Source: Lama guanicoe (Eukaryota). From it: a stretch of DNA of 64,000 nucleotides. Under the pieces are notes generated by a model. The model did no database searches and was not told the DNA's origin. It saw only the letters and a list, made by a program, of their open reading frames with translations. Both the position numbers and the translations under genes were made by a program. Shown piece after piece: positions 62,791 through 64,000 of this stretch (the stretch's first letter is position 1; each line of letters opens with the position of its first letter). Where the stretch lies: the NCBI GenBank assembly GCA_013239625.1, contig MU056000.1:11111175-11175174 (forward strand), read 5' to 3'.

Positions 62791-64000
62791 GCTCAGCGCA
62801 CTGCTTTAGTCTTTCCTTCCTTTGAGTTCTGGTTTAGGAGGACTGCGGCTCTCTATGAGGTCCTCTGTTGCTGCCATTCATGTTTTCTCAGTTGCTTTGT
62901 GCTCAGAGATGCCTGTTGGCAGGGATGATTACCTCTACTCCTATGAAACAGAATTGTGGCTTCCCACTGTTGTTCCAAGGAGACCTCCTCCCAACCCAAG
63001 GAGAGTGGAAGAGATAAAGGAGGAGAATAGTGATACTGTTAGGGAGCATGGCAGGTAATAAAATTGGGTCTTTCATTTGGGGGGGGACTAAGATCACATT
63101 GGACAGGCAAGGTCAGAGGTCATACGCCACAGAGGAGACACAGCTGTGTCAGCTGTGCAGTAAAATAATCCAGCTGTGATTTGGTGATGCAGATATGTGT
63201 GTACGTGCATATACATTTGTGTATGTATACATGTATTTCATTAATGCCAGGCATTTATTTATATACGTTTAACTTCTGTTCAGTAGAGGAAGGAGGAAAT
63301 TAGTTAACAACTCCATCTCGTCCACTTAACCTTTAACTCTTAGGATCGTGGTTTGTGGTTGTAAAGCAGGTTGTAGTATTGCTAGCGGGTTGATAACTTT
63401 TTGAGTCAAGGAGGAGTAAAGAATCTATGAGTGGAAAGGGATCTTGAAGATGACCTCCTCCAAGGTCTTTCTCCCCAGTCAGGTGCCAGCATTGATTGTT
63501 GCTGAAAAGTCTTGAGTAGCTTCCTCAGGGCTTCTCAGCTGGTCAGGAAGAAAATGTGGATCCAAGCTATGAATTCTGGTTTCTTAAGTGCTTTCTTAAC
63601 AGTATTTAGTGCCTGTGTCTTCTCTGTGATAAGAAGCTTGTTTGTTGTAATCTTTGCCAAGCAGGGCTGGTTTGGATCTTTTGTAGTTCCCTTATGCAGA
63701 ATTTTGACAATAGCATTTTGCCCGCGACTCCTTCTTAAATGGGCCATGTGGGATGGGAAACATAGTAAGATTCTAAGATTGTCTTGTGTTAATAAGATTT
63801 AAGATCTGAAAGACATGGCCTTTTTTTTCCCTTTCACTGTTGGTCGACTTACTGCTTGTATATACAAAAAGGAGCGTCAATACTTTTTAAGAATTTAGTA
63901 TTCAGACTTTCCACTTATTTGGATAGGTTGTCACTGATAAACATACTTTGTATAAAATCCTTGAGGTCAGTGATTGGCTGTAGGATACAAAGATCTGTAA

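Noticed and set aside
62892..63060. Possible exon ending GCAG|gtaata (…VEEIKEENSDTVREHG)
   Set aside because: Weak acceptor and donor and an unrecognised peptide; cannot be supported without RNA data.
1..64000. CRISPR array, operon or other prokaryote-type system
   Set aside because: The sequence is mammalian repeat-rich non-coding DNA, with no regularly spaced repeats and no dense long ORFs.

Overview
Placental-mammal genomic DNA, not prokaryotic. It is AT-rich, CpG-depleted and dense in interspersed repeats: L1, L2, MIR, MaLR/ERVL/ERV1 solo LTRs and hAT/mariner MITEs. A tRNA-derived SINE at ~21.8-22.0 kb and the young L1 3' ends resemble camelid (camel/alpaca) families as I recall them, so a camelid source is inferred. 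I recognise no protein-coding gene, rRNA, tRNA gene or CRISPR array. The only ORFs with recognisable homology are L1 ORF2 C-terminal remnants (4871-5071, 53727-53966, 60859-61293). There is one 445-nt assembly gap (53272-53716). Retroelements lean to the minus strand, which suggests a large intron of a + strand gene. I found no convincing new multi-gene system. The best leads are small structural ones: a pre-miRNA-shaped hairpin (31158-31240), a tailless 484-bp insertion with a perfect 17-bp duplication (45378-45895), a fold-back inversion at an MLT2 end (20806-21048), a retroposed polyadenylated LTR-like fragment (36326-36518), two twin-primed L1s and a pair of candidate micro-exons (34363-34478). 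Repeat family names come from remembered consensus sequences, not a database search, and boundaries of old repeats are approximate.
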